A stretch of DNA of 61,278 bases, the filler included, from an uncultured bacterium (GTDB lineage Bacteria; CAYJOG01), in assembly GCA_964371695.1 (NCBI GenBank). It is 9 parts of 9 records of this genome, joined end to end, with 100 filler letters (N's around TTAATTAATTAA, not from the genome) between each part and the next. Parts side by side here need not be neighbours in the genome. Positions count along the whole stretch, not along the records: positions 47,829 to 54,506 come from CAYJOG010000168.1; positions 54,607 to 61,278 come from CAYJOG010000169.1; 7 more parts are not named here. The stretch is one strand, 5' to 3'. How positions within the stretch are numbered: position 1 is the stretch's first letter; the number at the start of each line of letters is the position of its first letter. Below the pieces are notes generated by a model. That model saw nothing but the letters and a program-made list of their open reading frames with translations, had not been told where the DNA came from and made no database searches. The position numbers were made by a program, and so were the translations under genes. Of this stretch, positions 49,480 through 59,194 are shown in pieces.

Positions 49480-49540
49480 GGGTGGATTTCCTTTTGGTGG
49501 TTTCACTTACCAGATGAGGGGAGAGGGAACGATGGGGGAT

Positions 49541-51147
49541 TTACCCATTCTCGGAGTCCTGACGGCAGGTGGGTTTGCGCGTGAGGGCCACCGGGCCGGT
49601 GGGGGCGCTCCAGGCCACCATCACGCCCAGGCTCTCCACCAGCGGCGTGGGCAGTCCGCTGTCTTCGAGTTCCTCGCGCAGGGCTTCCTCAACCAGGGCG
49701 TGGGCCTCGCGGGCGCTCAGGCGGCTGGCCATTTCGCTGGCCAGGGTGCTGGGCAACACCAGCAGGGTGGGTGTGCCGATGGCCCCCACGTGCCAGTGCA
49801 CCTCTTTGACCAGCGGGCTGAGTTGCACCAGTTGCAGGGCGCGGTGCAGGTCCAGGGCGCTCACGTCTTCCATGGCGGCGGGGGGGGCGTGGCCCAGCAC
49901 CCGCACATGTCCGTCTTCCTCCACCGCGCCCAGGTCGTCGGTCAGCGTCATTTCCTTGCCTTCACCCACCGACAAAAAGCCCGCCTCGGTGAGCGTGAGG
50001 CGTTTGCCCGGCAGGGGCAGCCCCGCCCCCGGCTGGCTCGTGCCCGATTCCAGACTCAGAAAGCCCCCCGCCTCGGCCAGGTAATAACCCCCACCAGCGG
50101 CAGGCCCAGGGCCTGATACCACTGGCGGCAGAGGGGGTGCAGCCCTTCATCGCTGTACACCATCACCCGCAGGTCATCGCTCAACAGGTCGCGGCAGCGG
50201 CGGTAATACACGGCCTCGGCCACGCGGGCCTTGGCCTGTTGCCAGGGGCTGGCGGCCTCTCCCTGTTGTTTCTGGCGCACCTGCGACAGACCCACGTCCA
50301 CCGCCCAGCGGGCCAGTGAACGCACCAGGGGATTGCCCTCCAGGGTTTCCATGGCCTCCTTGTAAAAATCCCGATATATCGCCGCCGGACCATAAACCAC
50401 GGTGGGGGCCATCTGCCGCACCGCCGAAGACAGGGACACCCCCGGCGCGGCCAGAATCACCTGCAAATCCTGCACCACGGGAATCAGCACCTTGAACAGC
50501 AACGTGGGCAGGTGACACCAGGGCCCCAGGGCCAGCACACGATCTTCTTCGGTGATGCGCAGGCGGTCGGCCACCATGATGGCCTGCTGCACCGCCTCGT
50601 GATGGGTGAGGCTGTGGACCTGGGGGGTGCGGGTGGCCCCGGCGCTGGTGTAAAGCAGCAGGGCGGTGTCCTCAGAAGGCTCACCAAACGCCGGGGTGCG
50701 GCCCAGGGCCTGCAACACCTCACCGGCCACCTCTTTGAGTTCAGTCCGGCTCAGCACCCGCTCGTCGTCGCTTTCCACCAAGCCCTCCAGCACCAGGGTG
50801 CGGGGCATGAGCCTGCCGGGCATGGCCAGCACCTTGGCCAGCAACGCGGCGTTTTCCAGCACCAGACACACGGGCTGGAGCGATTTCATGAGGGCGCAGA
50901 AGTCTTTCTCATGCACGCCCGGCGGCAACACCAGAGGCAGCGCCCCCAGGCGCACCAGGGCGCACCATGTCTCAAACAGGGCCGGACTGCCGCTGCCCAC
51001 CAGCACCACGTGTTTGCCCGCCGCCGCCCCCAGGCCAGCGGCCATTTCACGGGCCAGGTCCTCGACACTGTTCAGGCTCATGGGGGCAGACCGCCCCGCT
51101 GGTTCGGGGCGCTTGAGCCATCGCAGGAGGTGATCGAGGAAGGTCAC
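49541..51147 (-). pseudogene. Degenerate long-chain acyl-CoA synthetase-like (AMP-binding) gene, frameshifted at a G5 run (50088-50092)
   Basis: ORF 50056-51147 (DTALLLYTSAG.., LRITEEDRVL, MAPTVVYGP, WYQALGLPLV) continues in the 49541-50122 frame as GYYLAE..GLPLPG..TDDLGAVEEDGHV. One extra G fuses the two. Confidence 0.72.
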
Positions 51148-51208
51148 GGCGTGGGGCGGATGTTACACTGCCCCGGCCCTTGTGGGCAAAAGCAACAGGA
51201 GGTCTTCG

Positions 51209-52615
51209 ATGGCCGAAGAAACTTTCGACCTACTCATCATCGGTGCGGGTCCGGGGGGCTATGTGGCGGCCATCCGGGCCGCGCAGTTGGGAATGAACAC
51301 CGCCGTGGTGGAAAAAGAGAACACGCTGGGGGGCACCTGCCTGAACGTGGGCTGTATTCCCAGCAAGGCCCTGCTGTACGCCAGCGAAAAATTCGCCGAA
51401 GCCAAACACGGCCTGAAAGACCTGGGCGTGGAAACCGGCGAAGTCAAGCTGAACCTGAGCACCCTGCTGGCCCACAAAGAGAACACGGTGAAGAAACTCA
51501 CCAGCGGCGTGGAATACCTGTTCAAGAAAAACAAGGTCACCTGGCTCAAGGGCCTGGGGGCGCTGGCGGGCGAAAGCCGCGTGACCGTGACCGGCGCAGA
51601 CGGCAAAACCCAGACCGTGCGCGCCAAAAACATTGTCATCGCCACTGGCTCCAGTCCTTCTTCTCTGCCCGGCGTGGCCCTGGACGGCAAAACCGTGCTC
51701 ACCAGCACCGAGGCCCTTTCATTCACCGAAGTGCCCAAAGAACTGGTGGTGATTGGCGCGGGGGTGATTGGCCTGGAAATGGGGTCGGTGTGGTCGCGCC
51801 TGGGCAGCAAGGTGACGCTGCTGGAATACGCGCCACAGATTCTCAACGGCTTTGACACCGAACTGGCCCAGGCGGCCCAGCGGGTGTTCGCCAAACAGGG
51901 CCTGACGTTTGTGCTCAACGCCAAGGTGTCTGGCGTCACGGTGAAAGGCAAAAAAGCCACCGTCACCTACACCGACAAATCAGGCGCAGAACAGAGCCTG
52001 CCAGCGGACAAGGTGTTGGTGGCCACGGGCCGCCGCCCCCACACCGGGGGGCTTGAGGCCGAAAAAGCCGGTCTGAAGCTGGACACCCAGGGGCGCATTG
52101 AAGTGGATGAACACTTCCGCACCAACCAGCCGGGGGTGTACGCCATCGGCGACGTCATCCGGGGCCCCATGCTGGCCCACAAAGCCGAAGACGAAGGCGT
52201 GGCGGTGGCGGAAATCATCCACAAAGGCCACGGCCACGTGGATTACCACGCCATTCCCGGCATTGTATATACGTGGCCAGAGGTGGCCTGTGTGGGACAG
52301 ACCGAAGAACAGCTCAAGGCAGCGGGCGTGGCTTATAACAAAGGCAAGTTCCCCTTCATGGCCAATGGCCGCGCCCTGAGCATGAAAGAGACCGACGGCT
52401 TTGTGAAGGTGTTGTCCCACAAGGAAACAGACAAGATCCTGGGGGTACACGCCCTTGGCCCGGCGGTGGGCGACCTGATGGCCGAGGCCACACTGGCCAT
52501 GTCCTTTGACGCCACCGCCGAGGACCTCTTTCTCACCTGTCACGCCCACCCCACACTGAGCGAAGTACTCAAAGAGGCCGCCATGGCCACCGGTGGCCGG
52601 GCGATACACAGTTGA
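51209..52615 (+). CDS. lpdA: Dihydrolipoamide dehydrogenase
   Basis: IGAGPGGYVAA, GGTCLNVGCIPSK, MLAHKAEDEG, HAHPTLSE; AGGAGG RBS before ATG 51209. Confidence 0.96.
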   Translation: MAEETFDLLIIGAGPGGYVAAIRAAQLGMNTAVVEKENTLGGTCLNVGCIPSKALLYASEKFAEAKHGLKDLGVETGEVKLNLSTLLAHKENTVKKLTSGVEYLFKKNKVTWLKGLGALAGESRVTVTGADGKTQTVRAKNIVIATGSSPSSLPGVALDGKTVLTSTEALSFTEVPKELVVIGAGVIGLEMGSVWSRLGSKVTLLEYAPQILNGFDTELAQAAQRVFAKQGLTFVLNAKVSGVTVKGKKATVTYTDKSGAEQSLPADKVLVATGRRPHTGGLEAEKAGLKLDTQGRIEVDEHFRTNQPGVYAIGDVIRGPMLAHKAEDEGVAVAEIIHKGHGHVDYHAIPGIVYTWPEVACVGQTEEQLKAAGVAYNKGKFPFMANGRALSMKETDGFVKVLSHKETDKILGVHALGPAVGDLMAEATLAMSFDATAEDLFLTCHAHPTLSEVLKEAAMATGGRAIHS

Positions 52616-52633
52616 GGTTATACTTCCCGGCTC

Positions 52634-53362
52634 ATGGTTCTGCCCGATTTCTACGCCGCCCTGCAAGTCAGTGAAAAGGTCACCGCCGAAGAGGTGAAAA
52701 CCGCCTATCGGCACCTGGCCCGTCAATATCACCCCGACCACAACCCTGGCCAGGAAGACCGTTTCCGGGCCATACACGAGGCCTATCGCGTGCTCAGCGA
52801 CCCCCAGAAACGCCGCGACTATGACCTGAGCCGCCAGATGTACCGCAATGGCGGTCAGGCCATGGAAGATTTTGGCGCGGTGCGGGTGCAGGCCAGCGGC
52901 AAGGAACTGGGGCGGCTGGTGCGCGAGGTGCTGCGCCAGGGCAACATGACCCGCATCAAGCTGCGTTATCAGGGCGAAGAACTGCTGGACCTGCCCCTCG
53001 CGAGCGTGGCGGTGCTGGGAGGCGGCGCGCTGTTGGTGTCGCCGCTTTTGGCTGTGGCGGCGGGGGTGGGCCTCAGCCGCATGTTTCAGGTGGAAGTGAA
53101 AAACAAGCTGATGGAAGACTTTGAAGAAGCCAGCCGCCTGCACGAGGCCATGCGCCTGAAAGAAGCCAAGGCGTTATATCTCAAGGTGCTGGACCGCAGC
53201 GATTTCTTTTTGCCCGCCTTTTTGCAGTTGGGGCAGCTTTATCGCCAGTTGGGCGAGAGCGAAGCGGCCGCCGCCATGTTCAACCGGGTGCTGGAGATCA
53301 TGCCCATCGGCGAGGTGGCGGAACTGGCCCGCGAGCAACTGCGGCAGGTGCGCGGGTTTTGA
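52634..53362 (+). CDS. J-domain + DUF4342-like + TPR protein
   Basis: J-domain with YHPD and AYRVLSDPQKRRDYD; middle LVREVLRQGNMTRIKL..LLDLPL..hydrophobic hairpin; C-terminal TPR. Confidence 0.78.
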   Translation: MVLPDFYAALQVSEKVTAEEVKTAYRHLARQYHPDHNPGQEDRFRAIHEAYRVLSDPQKRRDYDLSRQMYRNGGQAMEDFGAVRVQASGKELGRLVREVLRQGNMTRIKLRYQGEELLDLPLASVAVLGGGALLVSPLLAVAAGVGLSRMFQVEVKNKLMEDFEEASRLHEAMRLKEAKALYLKVLDRSDFFLPAFLQLGQLYRQLGESEAAAAMFNRVLEIMPIGEVAELAREQLRQVRGF

Positions 53363-53373
53363 CGTGCTGATTC

Positions 53374-54399
53374 ATGGCCACTGAAGAATCACCATTTTCA
53401 CTGGGCCATTACCAATTTGAGTATCCGCCGGAACATGTGGCCCACAGCCCGGCGAGTCCGCCAGAGGCCGCCCGCCTGCTGGTGGTGCAACCGGGGAATC
53501 GGTTGACCCATCACCATGTGTGCGACCTGCCCCGTCTGTTGCCGCCCCACACGCTGCTGGTGCTCAACGACGCCCGCGTATTTCCGGCTCGACTGCACAC
53601 CCGCCGCGCCACAGGCGGCGAGGTGGAGGTGTTGTTGCTGGACGCCCCGAATGCCCTGGGTCAGGCACGCGCCCTGCTGAGGCCTGCCCGACGGGTCAAG
53701 CCGGGTGAAGTGTTGCTGCTGAACGGCAAACCCGCTCTGGAGGTGGTGGAAAAAACAGAAGACCACATCACCATCCGACTGCTCAGCCCCCACCCCATGG
53801 CCTGGCTCAAGCGCCACGGCAGCATTCCCCTGCCCCCTTACATGCCCGATAACCCGTCGGTATATGCCTGTTATCAAACAGCCTTCGCCCGGCAAAATCT
53901 GGCGGTGGCCGCCCCCACCGCTGGCCTGCACCTGAGCAGAAACCTGCTGCACGAGCTGAAGCAGGCGGGCCATGAACATTGCCGCGTCACGCTGGCGGTG
54001 GGTTATGGCACCTTCGCGCCCATTCAGCATCAGGACATCCGCCAGCACGTGATGCACCGGGAGTGGTATGCGCTCTCACCCGCCACGGCGGCAACGCTCA
54101 ACCGCTGGCGAACTCAGGGCAGGCCCATTCTGGCGGTGGGCACCACGGCCCTGCGGGTGCTGGAAAGCTGTTTTGACGACGGGCGTTTTTTGGCCGGAAC
54201 CCGCTGGACCAACCTGTATCTCACGCCACAAAACCCGCCCCGTTGCGGCGTGAAGCTGATGACCAACTTTCACCTGCCGGGCACATCGCTGCTGGTGCTG
54301 CTCGCCAGCCTGCTGCCCCAGTGGCGCACGGTGTATGAAACAGCCGTGGGCGAAAACTACCGGCTGTTTTCATTCGGCGACGCCATGCTGATTCTGTAG
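53374..54399 (+). CDS. queA: S-adenosylmethionine:tRNA ribosyltransferase-isomerase
   Basis: NDARVFPARL, PLPPY, YQTAFA, AVAAPTAGLH, VGYGTF, AVGTTALRVLES, TNFHLP, YRLFSFGDAM. Confidence 0.95.
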   Translation: MATEESPFSLGHYQFEYPPEHVAHSPASPPEAARLLVVQPGNRLTHHHVCDLPRLLPPHTLLVLNDARVFPARLHTRRATGGEVEVLLLDAPNALGQARALLRPARRVKPGEVLLLNGKPALEVVEKTEDHITIRLLSPHPMAWLKRHGSIPLPPYMPDNPSVYACYQTAFARQNLAVAAPTAGLHLSRNLLHELKQAGHEHCRVTLAVGYGTFAPIQHQDIRQHVMHREWYALSPATAATLNRWRTQGRPILAVGTTALRVLESCFDDGRFLAGTRWTNLYLTPQNPPRCGVKLMTNFHLPGTSLLVLLASLLPQWRTVYETAVGENYRLFSFGDAMLIL

Positions 54400-54506
54400 A
54401 GCCGGTTTGTCCGTTTTTTGTTTACTTTTATGCACAACGACATAAGTCGCGGCGTTCGCCAGCCTGCTTGCGCCGTGAAAAGCCGCCCTCCTTTCCCTCT
54501 CCCCCT

Positions 54507-54606
54507 NNNNNNNNNNNNNNNNNNNNNNNNNNNNNNNNNNNNNNNNNNNNTTAATTAATTAANNNNNNNNNNNNNNNNNNNNNNNNNNNNNNNNNNNNNN
54601 NNNNNN
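54507..54606. other. Artificial contig spacer
   Basis: N44-TTAATTAATTAA-N44. Confidence 0.98.
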
Positions 54607-54669
54607 CGGGTGAGGGACCCCAGCCGCATTCGGCATGATTTACGTCGCCATATATAACCAGATGAACCA

Positions 54670-55068
54670 CTAACCCCCAGCCGCCAATCCATCCATCGCC
54701 GGGGTGGCGCTCTGTGTGGTTTTTTTCCCCATCAATTGCAAAAGGGCCGAGATGGCGGCGGGCTGGCCCATCTGGCTCAGGGCGTCTACCGTGCGGCGGC
54801 GGACATCCCGCTCGGTGGCCTGTGGAAAACGCAGGTGCAGGCGCTCGTGCAGGCCCACCGCCAACACCAGGGCGGCGGCGTCCACCTTCATTTGCCCGGC
54901 GGCTTCCATCAGGCGGGGCAGGTTCAGTTCAATCTGATTGGTGCGGGGAAAACTCCGGCCATACCACACCATCTCCGGCGGTGCGTCCCCGTCGTCAAAA
55001 ACAAAATTGATGGTAGGGGAACTGACCAGTGGGGGCATGGGTGCGGTCATGGGCAACAGGTTGTGCAT
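54670..55068 (-). CDS. Small hypothetical protein with HExxH motif
   Basis: AGGAG RBS before ATG 55068; YGRSFP....IELNL...VGLHERLHL..P...E minimal zincin-like pattern. Confidence 0.55.
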   Translation of the reverse strand: MHNLLPMTAPMPPLVSSPTINFVFDDGDAPPEMVWYGRSFPRTNQIELNLPRLMEAAGQMKVDAAALVLAVGLHERLHLRFPQATERDVRRRTVDALSQMGQPAAISALLQLMGKKTTQSATPAMDGLAAGG

Positions 55069-55111
55069 GATAGTTCTCCTGGCCAGGGCCAGTTTCAAAA
55101 ACCGTGCCACA

Positions 55112-55780
55112 TCACGCCAGCGGCGGACAAAGCGTGATCTGGCAAAAACCGGCGCCCTGCTCCGGGCCAATCAGCGTGGCGGGTGAGAGCGTCGCCAGCG
55201 CCCGCAACAGCGGCCAGAGGTCGGTGTATTCGAGGGCGGGGGAGGTGGCCTCGGCCCAGGCCGAGGGCAGGTTGGAGCGCAGCAGGATGGATACGCCGTC
55301 GTCTTTTGCCGCCGCCAGAATGGTGACCACGCCGATGGGGCTTTCCAGCCCCTGACGTATCAGGGTTTCCAGGGTCTGTTCCATCGCCAGACTCTGCACT
55401 TTCAGCCAGATGGTTTCGTTGGGGGCAGACACGCTCACGCGTCGGGCGTCGCCCCCCAGTCGTTGCAGCACACGGGCCAGCAGGTCGTTCAGGGCCACGG
55501 GTTGGGCGCTGAGCGGCCCTTTGGGCAGCACCGCCTGCAGGCGCTTCACCAGACGCGCGCCCTCGACTGCGGCGGTTTCCATTTCCCGGAGCAGGGGCTT
55601 GAGTTCGGCGGGCAGGCTGGGGTCCATGGCCGCCATGCCGGCCCCCGCCAACAGTGGCGTCAGGGCGTTGTTCAGGTCGTGCAGTTCGTGCCTGAGCCAC
55701 AACGAAAGGCTTTCCATCTGGGCCGACAGCGCCTCTTGCAGACGTTGTTCAAGCAGGATCTGTTGGGGAGTTTGCGCCAT
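55112..55780 (-). CDS. Degenerate histidine-kinase-like protein (H-box kept, ATP-binding boxes lost)
   Basis: HDLNNALTPL H-box, PVALNDLL, EQTLETLIRQG in place of the N-box; no DxGxG or GxGLGL. Confidence 0.62.
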   Translation of the reverse strand: MAQTPQQILLEQRLQEALSAQMESLSLWLRHELHDLNNALTPLLAGAGMAAMDPSLPAELKPLLREMETAAVEGARLVKRLQAVLPKGPLSAQPVALNDLLARVLQRLGGDARRVSVSAPNETIWLKVQSLAMEQTLETLIRQGLESPIGVVTILAAAKDDGVSILLRSNLPSAWAEATSPALEYTDLWPLLRALATLSPATLIGPEQGAGFCQITLCPPLA

Positions 55781-55870
55781 GGTCTGCCCGCAGCCCATAG
55801 CCGCCTGTGCCAGTTTAGGGCCTGGGGAGCCAAGTCGGCTACCAGAAGAAGCAGGTTTCATTGGTTTTTG

Positions 55871-57976
55871 TTAAAACGCATCAGCACTGGCTCTGGACCA
55901 GTCCTCACGCACACTTTCGGGCAGCGCATCCACCGGGCCAAGCAGCGCGCCCTGGGGCAAAAAGTCATAAAGCTGATCCAGCGAGCGCGACTGAAGCGGG
56001 CCAATGCGGCGGTGCAGGTGCGCCGGTGTGAGTTCGCCGGGGTGCGAGAGGCCCGCCGCCGCCAGAATTTCCAGGGCGGCATGCACCGTCTTTTGCTGAA
56101 AACTGGCCACGCGGCTGGCTTTGTCCACCACCACCAGACCCTTCATCAGGCTGGGGTTTTGTGTGGCCACGCCCACGGGACATTCATTGGTGTTGCACTT
56201 GCGGGCCTGAATGCAACCCAGGGCCATCATCATGGCCCGCGCACTGTTCACCGTGTCGGCCCCCAGGGCCAGTTTGTTGATGAGGTGAAAACCCGTCACC
56301 ACCTTGCCCGACGCAATCAGCCGCACTTTTTTGCGCAACCCCGCGCCCACCAGCGCGCTGTGTACAAACACCAGGCCGTCATCCAGCGGTGTGCCCACGC
56401 TGTTGGCGAACTCCAGCGGCGCGGCCCCGGTGCCGCCTTCGCCGCCGTCCACGGTGATGAAATCCGGGTGCTCGCCGGTTTGCAGCATGGCCTTGATGAG
56501 TGCGAGAAACTCCCGCCGGTGGCCCAGACACAATTTGAAACCCACCGGCTTGCCGCCGCTCTCTTGCCGCAACTGGCTGATGAAAGCCATCAGTTCCAAT
56601 GGTGAACCAAAGGCGCTGTGGGTGGGGGGCGAGAGCACGTCCTGGCCCAGGGGCACGCCCCGGATGGCGGCGATTTCGGCGGTGACTTTTTTGGCGGGCA
56701 AAATGCCGCCGTGTCCCGGTTTGGCCCCCTGGCTCAGCTTGATTTCGATCATCTTGACCTGGGGCTGGCGGGCTTTTTGTGCAAAGGCGGCGGGGTCGAA
56801 ACATCCCTCTGGCGTGCGGCAGCCAAAATAACCCGTGCCGATCTGCCAGATGAGATCGCCTCCGTTTTACAGGTGGTGCGCACTCAGGCCCCCTTCGCCG
56901 GTGTTGTGGGCAAAGCCCCCCAGGCGGGCGCCTTCGTTCAGCGCCTGAATGGCGTTTTCGCTCAGCGCGCCATAACTCATGGCGCTCACGTTCAGAATGG
57001 CGGCGGCGTAAGGTTGATCGCAGGTGTCGCCGCCAAACAGCACGCGGGGCGGCGTGTGCGGCACGGTGAGCGCCCGCAGGGAATGGTTGATCCACTGATA
57101 ACCCGGCGCGTAAAGGTCCCGCTGCGTGCCAAAGGGTTCGGTGTCGTTCACCCCCTTGGCGCGCTGATAAACCACCGAGCGGTGATCGCGGCTGAAGGGC
57201 CGCCCGCTCAGGTCCGACTCCACAAAATATTGCTGTATCTCCGGGCGCACCGCTTCCATCAGATAACGCAGGTGGCCGATCACCGGAAAGTTGCGCTGAA
57301 TGCTGTGGTGGGTCTGTGTCATGTCCCACACCCCCAGCAGCACCACCGGCAGCACCAGAAACATCACCAGCCACGCCGCAGGCCACACCAGCCCCAGCAG
57401 CACCACGGTCAAAAGCGACAACACGCTCACCCAGATAAAGGTGGTGCGCACGGTGAGGCCCTCGCCCTGCTGGTGACCCCGCACCACGGTGGGGGCCACC
57501 GCAATCAGCAACCAGCACAGGCCAAAGAGAAAAAGATGCGGAACCAGCACCGCCCCAAAGGCGATGTCTGCCGGGCGCACATGGCCCAGGCCCTTGCCCG
57601 ACAAAAGCGCCGCCACCACTCCCATGCCCCAGGGCGCGATGGCCGCCGCCCCCACACCCAGCAGCAGGGCCAGCACGCCCCCCAGCACCATGCGTTTCTG
57701 GTAACGCCCCGCGAGCGGCGGCAGTTGCAGGGGAATGGCGTAAAGCGTGGCGTATTGAAAACTCACACCAAAATGAATGAGCCAAGCCAGTCGCCGGGCC
57801 ATGGGGCCTTCAAACGCCCCGCTGGCCACCAGGGCCTGGGTGAGCTGGGCGGGCAGGGTGACCTGGCCCATCGTCTGCTGCACCGCCAGCACCAGCACAC
57901 TGCCCAGCGCGCCCGCCGCCAGCATCCACAACACGTTGTTCTGAAACAGGGGGACTTCCTGGGCTTTGACCGGCAT
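55871..57976 (-). pseudogene. FMN-binding glutamate synthase family protein (YerD-like), in frame with an N-terminal membrane domain; in-frame TAA at 56867-56869
   Basis: [101 protein letters not shown]. Alternative start GTG 57451. Confidence 0.82.
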
Positions 57977-58010
57977 GGGGGCGGAACAAGGATAGCAGGG
58001 GTTTTGAAAC

Positions 58011-58150
58011 GTAGCCCCGGCGTCCCGCCGGGAGTATCTGCCGCGCCAGAGGCGCGCACCTTGCAGTCGTTTCACCCTAATTTGCCAGAGAAACATCTGT
58101 TGTGCGCCGCCTGCGGCGGTTTTTTTCTCCCGGCGGGACGCCGGGGCTAC
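58011..58150. repeat. REPIN-like element, diverged copy
   Basis: Perfect 24-bp TIR GTAGCCCCGGCGTCCCGCCGGGAG; interior diverged but both inner hairpins retained. Confidence 0.9.
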
Positions 58151-58214
58151 AGTAACCGAACACGCATGGGGTTGGCTTCTATAATTCCCCGGCCCCGTTG
58201 GGCGAGGAGGCTAC

Positions 58215-59132
58215 ATGTCGGTTCTGATTGTCGGCTCGGTGGCGCTGGACAGCGTCAAGACCCCTTTTGGAGAAGTGGAGCGCGTGCAGGGCGGCTCGGC
58301 GGTGTTCAGTTCGCTGGCGGCGCGGTTTTTCAACCAGGTGAAACTGGTGGGTGTGGTGGGTCAGGATTATCCCGCGCCGTTGCGTCAGGCGCTGGAAGAC
58401 CGGGGCGTCAACCTGTCGGGACTGGAAGTGGCCGAGGGCGACACTTTTTTCTGGCGCGGGTTTTATGACTACGACCTGAACACCGCCCACTCGCTGGAAA
58501 CGGCGCTGAACGTGTTTGGCGAGTTCAGCCCCAAACTGCCCGACCTTGCGGGCGTGACCCACTGCTTTTTGGCGAACATGGCCCCGGCGGTGCAGATGCA
58601 GGTGCTGGACAACCTGCCCCGGGGTGTGTTTGTGCTGATGGACACGATGAACTACTGGATCGAGTCGCAGAAAGACGCCCTCACCGAGGTGATCAAACGG
58701 GTGGACGCCGTGCTGATGAACGACGCCGAGCTGCGCCAGTTCACCGGCCAGTTCAACCTGCTGGAGGGCGCACGCCAGTTGTTGGGTCTGGGCCCCAAAA
58801 CCGTGTTTGTGAAAAAGGGCGAACACGGCTCGCTCACGGTGCAGGAGGACAGCCTGTTTCTGGTGCCCGCCTATCCGCTGCAAGAGGTGAAAGACCCCAC
58901 CGGCGCGGGCGACAGTTTCGCGGGGGGACTCATTGGCATGTTGAGCCAGGGGGGCCACGAAGACGCGGCGGCTTTGCGTCAGGCGGTGGTCATCGGCAAC
59001 GTCATGGCGTCTTTCACGGTCACGCAGTTCAGCACCCAGGCGCTGCTGGACCTCTCCCACGGCGACCTGCTGGAGCGTTACCACCAGTTCAAGGACATGA
59101 CCGAGTTCACCGTGCCCGTGCTGAAGGGATAG
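58215..59132 (+). CDS. PfkB-family carbohydrate kinase
   Basis: IVGSVALDSVKTPFG, GGSA, DTMNYWI, KKGEHG, DPTGAGDSFAGG; GAGGAGG RBS and upstream TATAAT. Confidence 0.92.
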   Translation: MSVLIVGSVALDSVKTPFGEVERVQGGSAVFSSLAARFFNQVKLVGVVGQDYPAPLRQALEDRGVNLSGLEVAEGDTFFWRGFYDYDLNTAHSLETALNVFGEFSPKLPDLAGVTHCFLANMAPAVQMQVLDNLPRGVFVLMDTMNYWIESQKDALTEVIKRVDAVLMNDAELRQFTGQFNLLEGARQLLGLGPKTVFVKKGEHGSLTVQEDSLFLVPAYPLQEVKDPTGAGDSFAGGLIGMLSQGGHEDAAALRQAVVIGNVMASFTVTQFSTQALLDLSHGDLLERYHQFKDMTEFTVPVLKG

Positions 59133-59138
59133 GCGGGA

Positions 59139-59164
59139 CCACAGGTGGGGACACCTGTGGCTAC
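59139..59164 (-). repeat. Single GTAG REP variant between convergent genes
   Basis: Reverse strand GTAG-CCACAGGTG-TCCC-CACCTGTGG. Confidence 0.75.
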
Positions 59165-59194
59165 TCGCGCCACCAATGTTGGGCAGGGTTTTCC

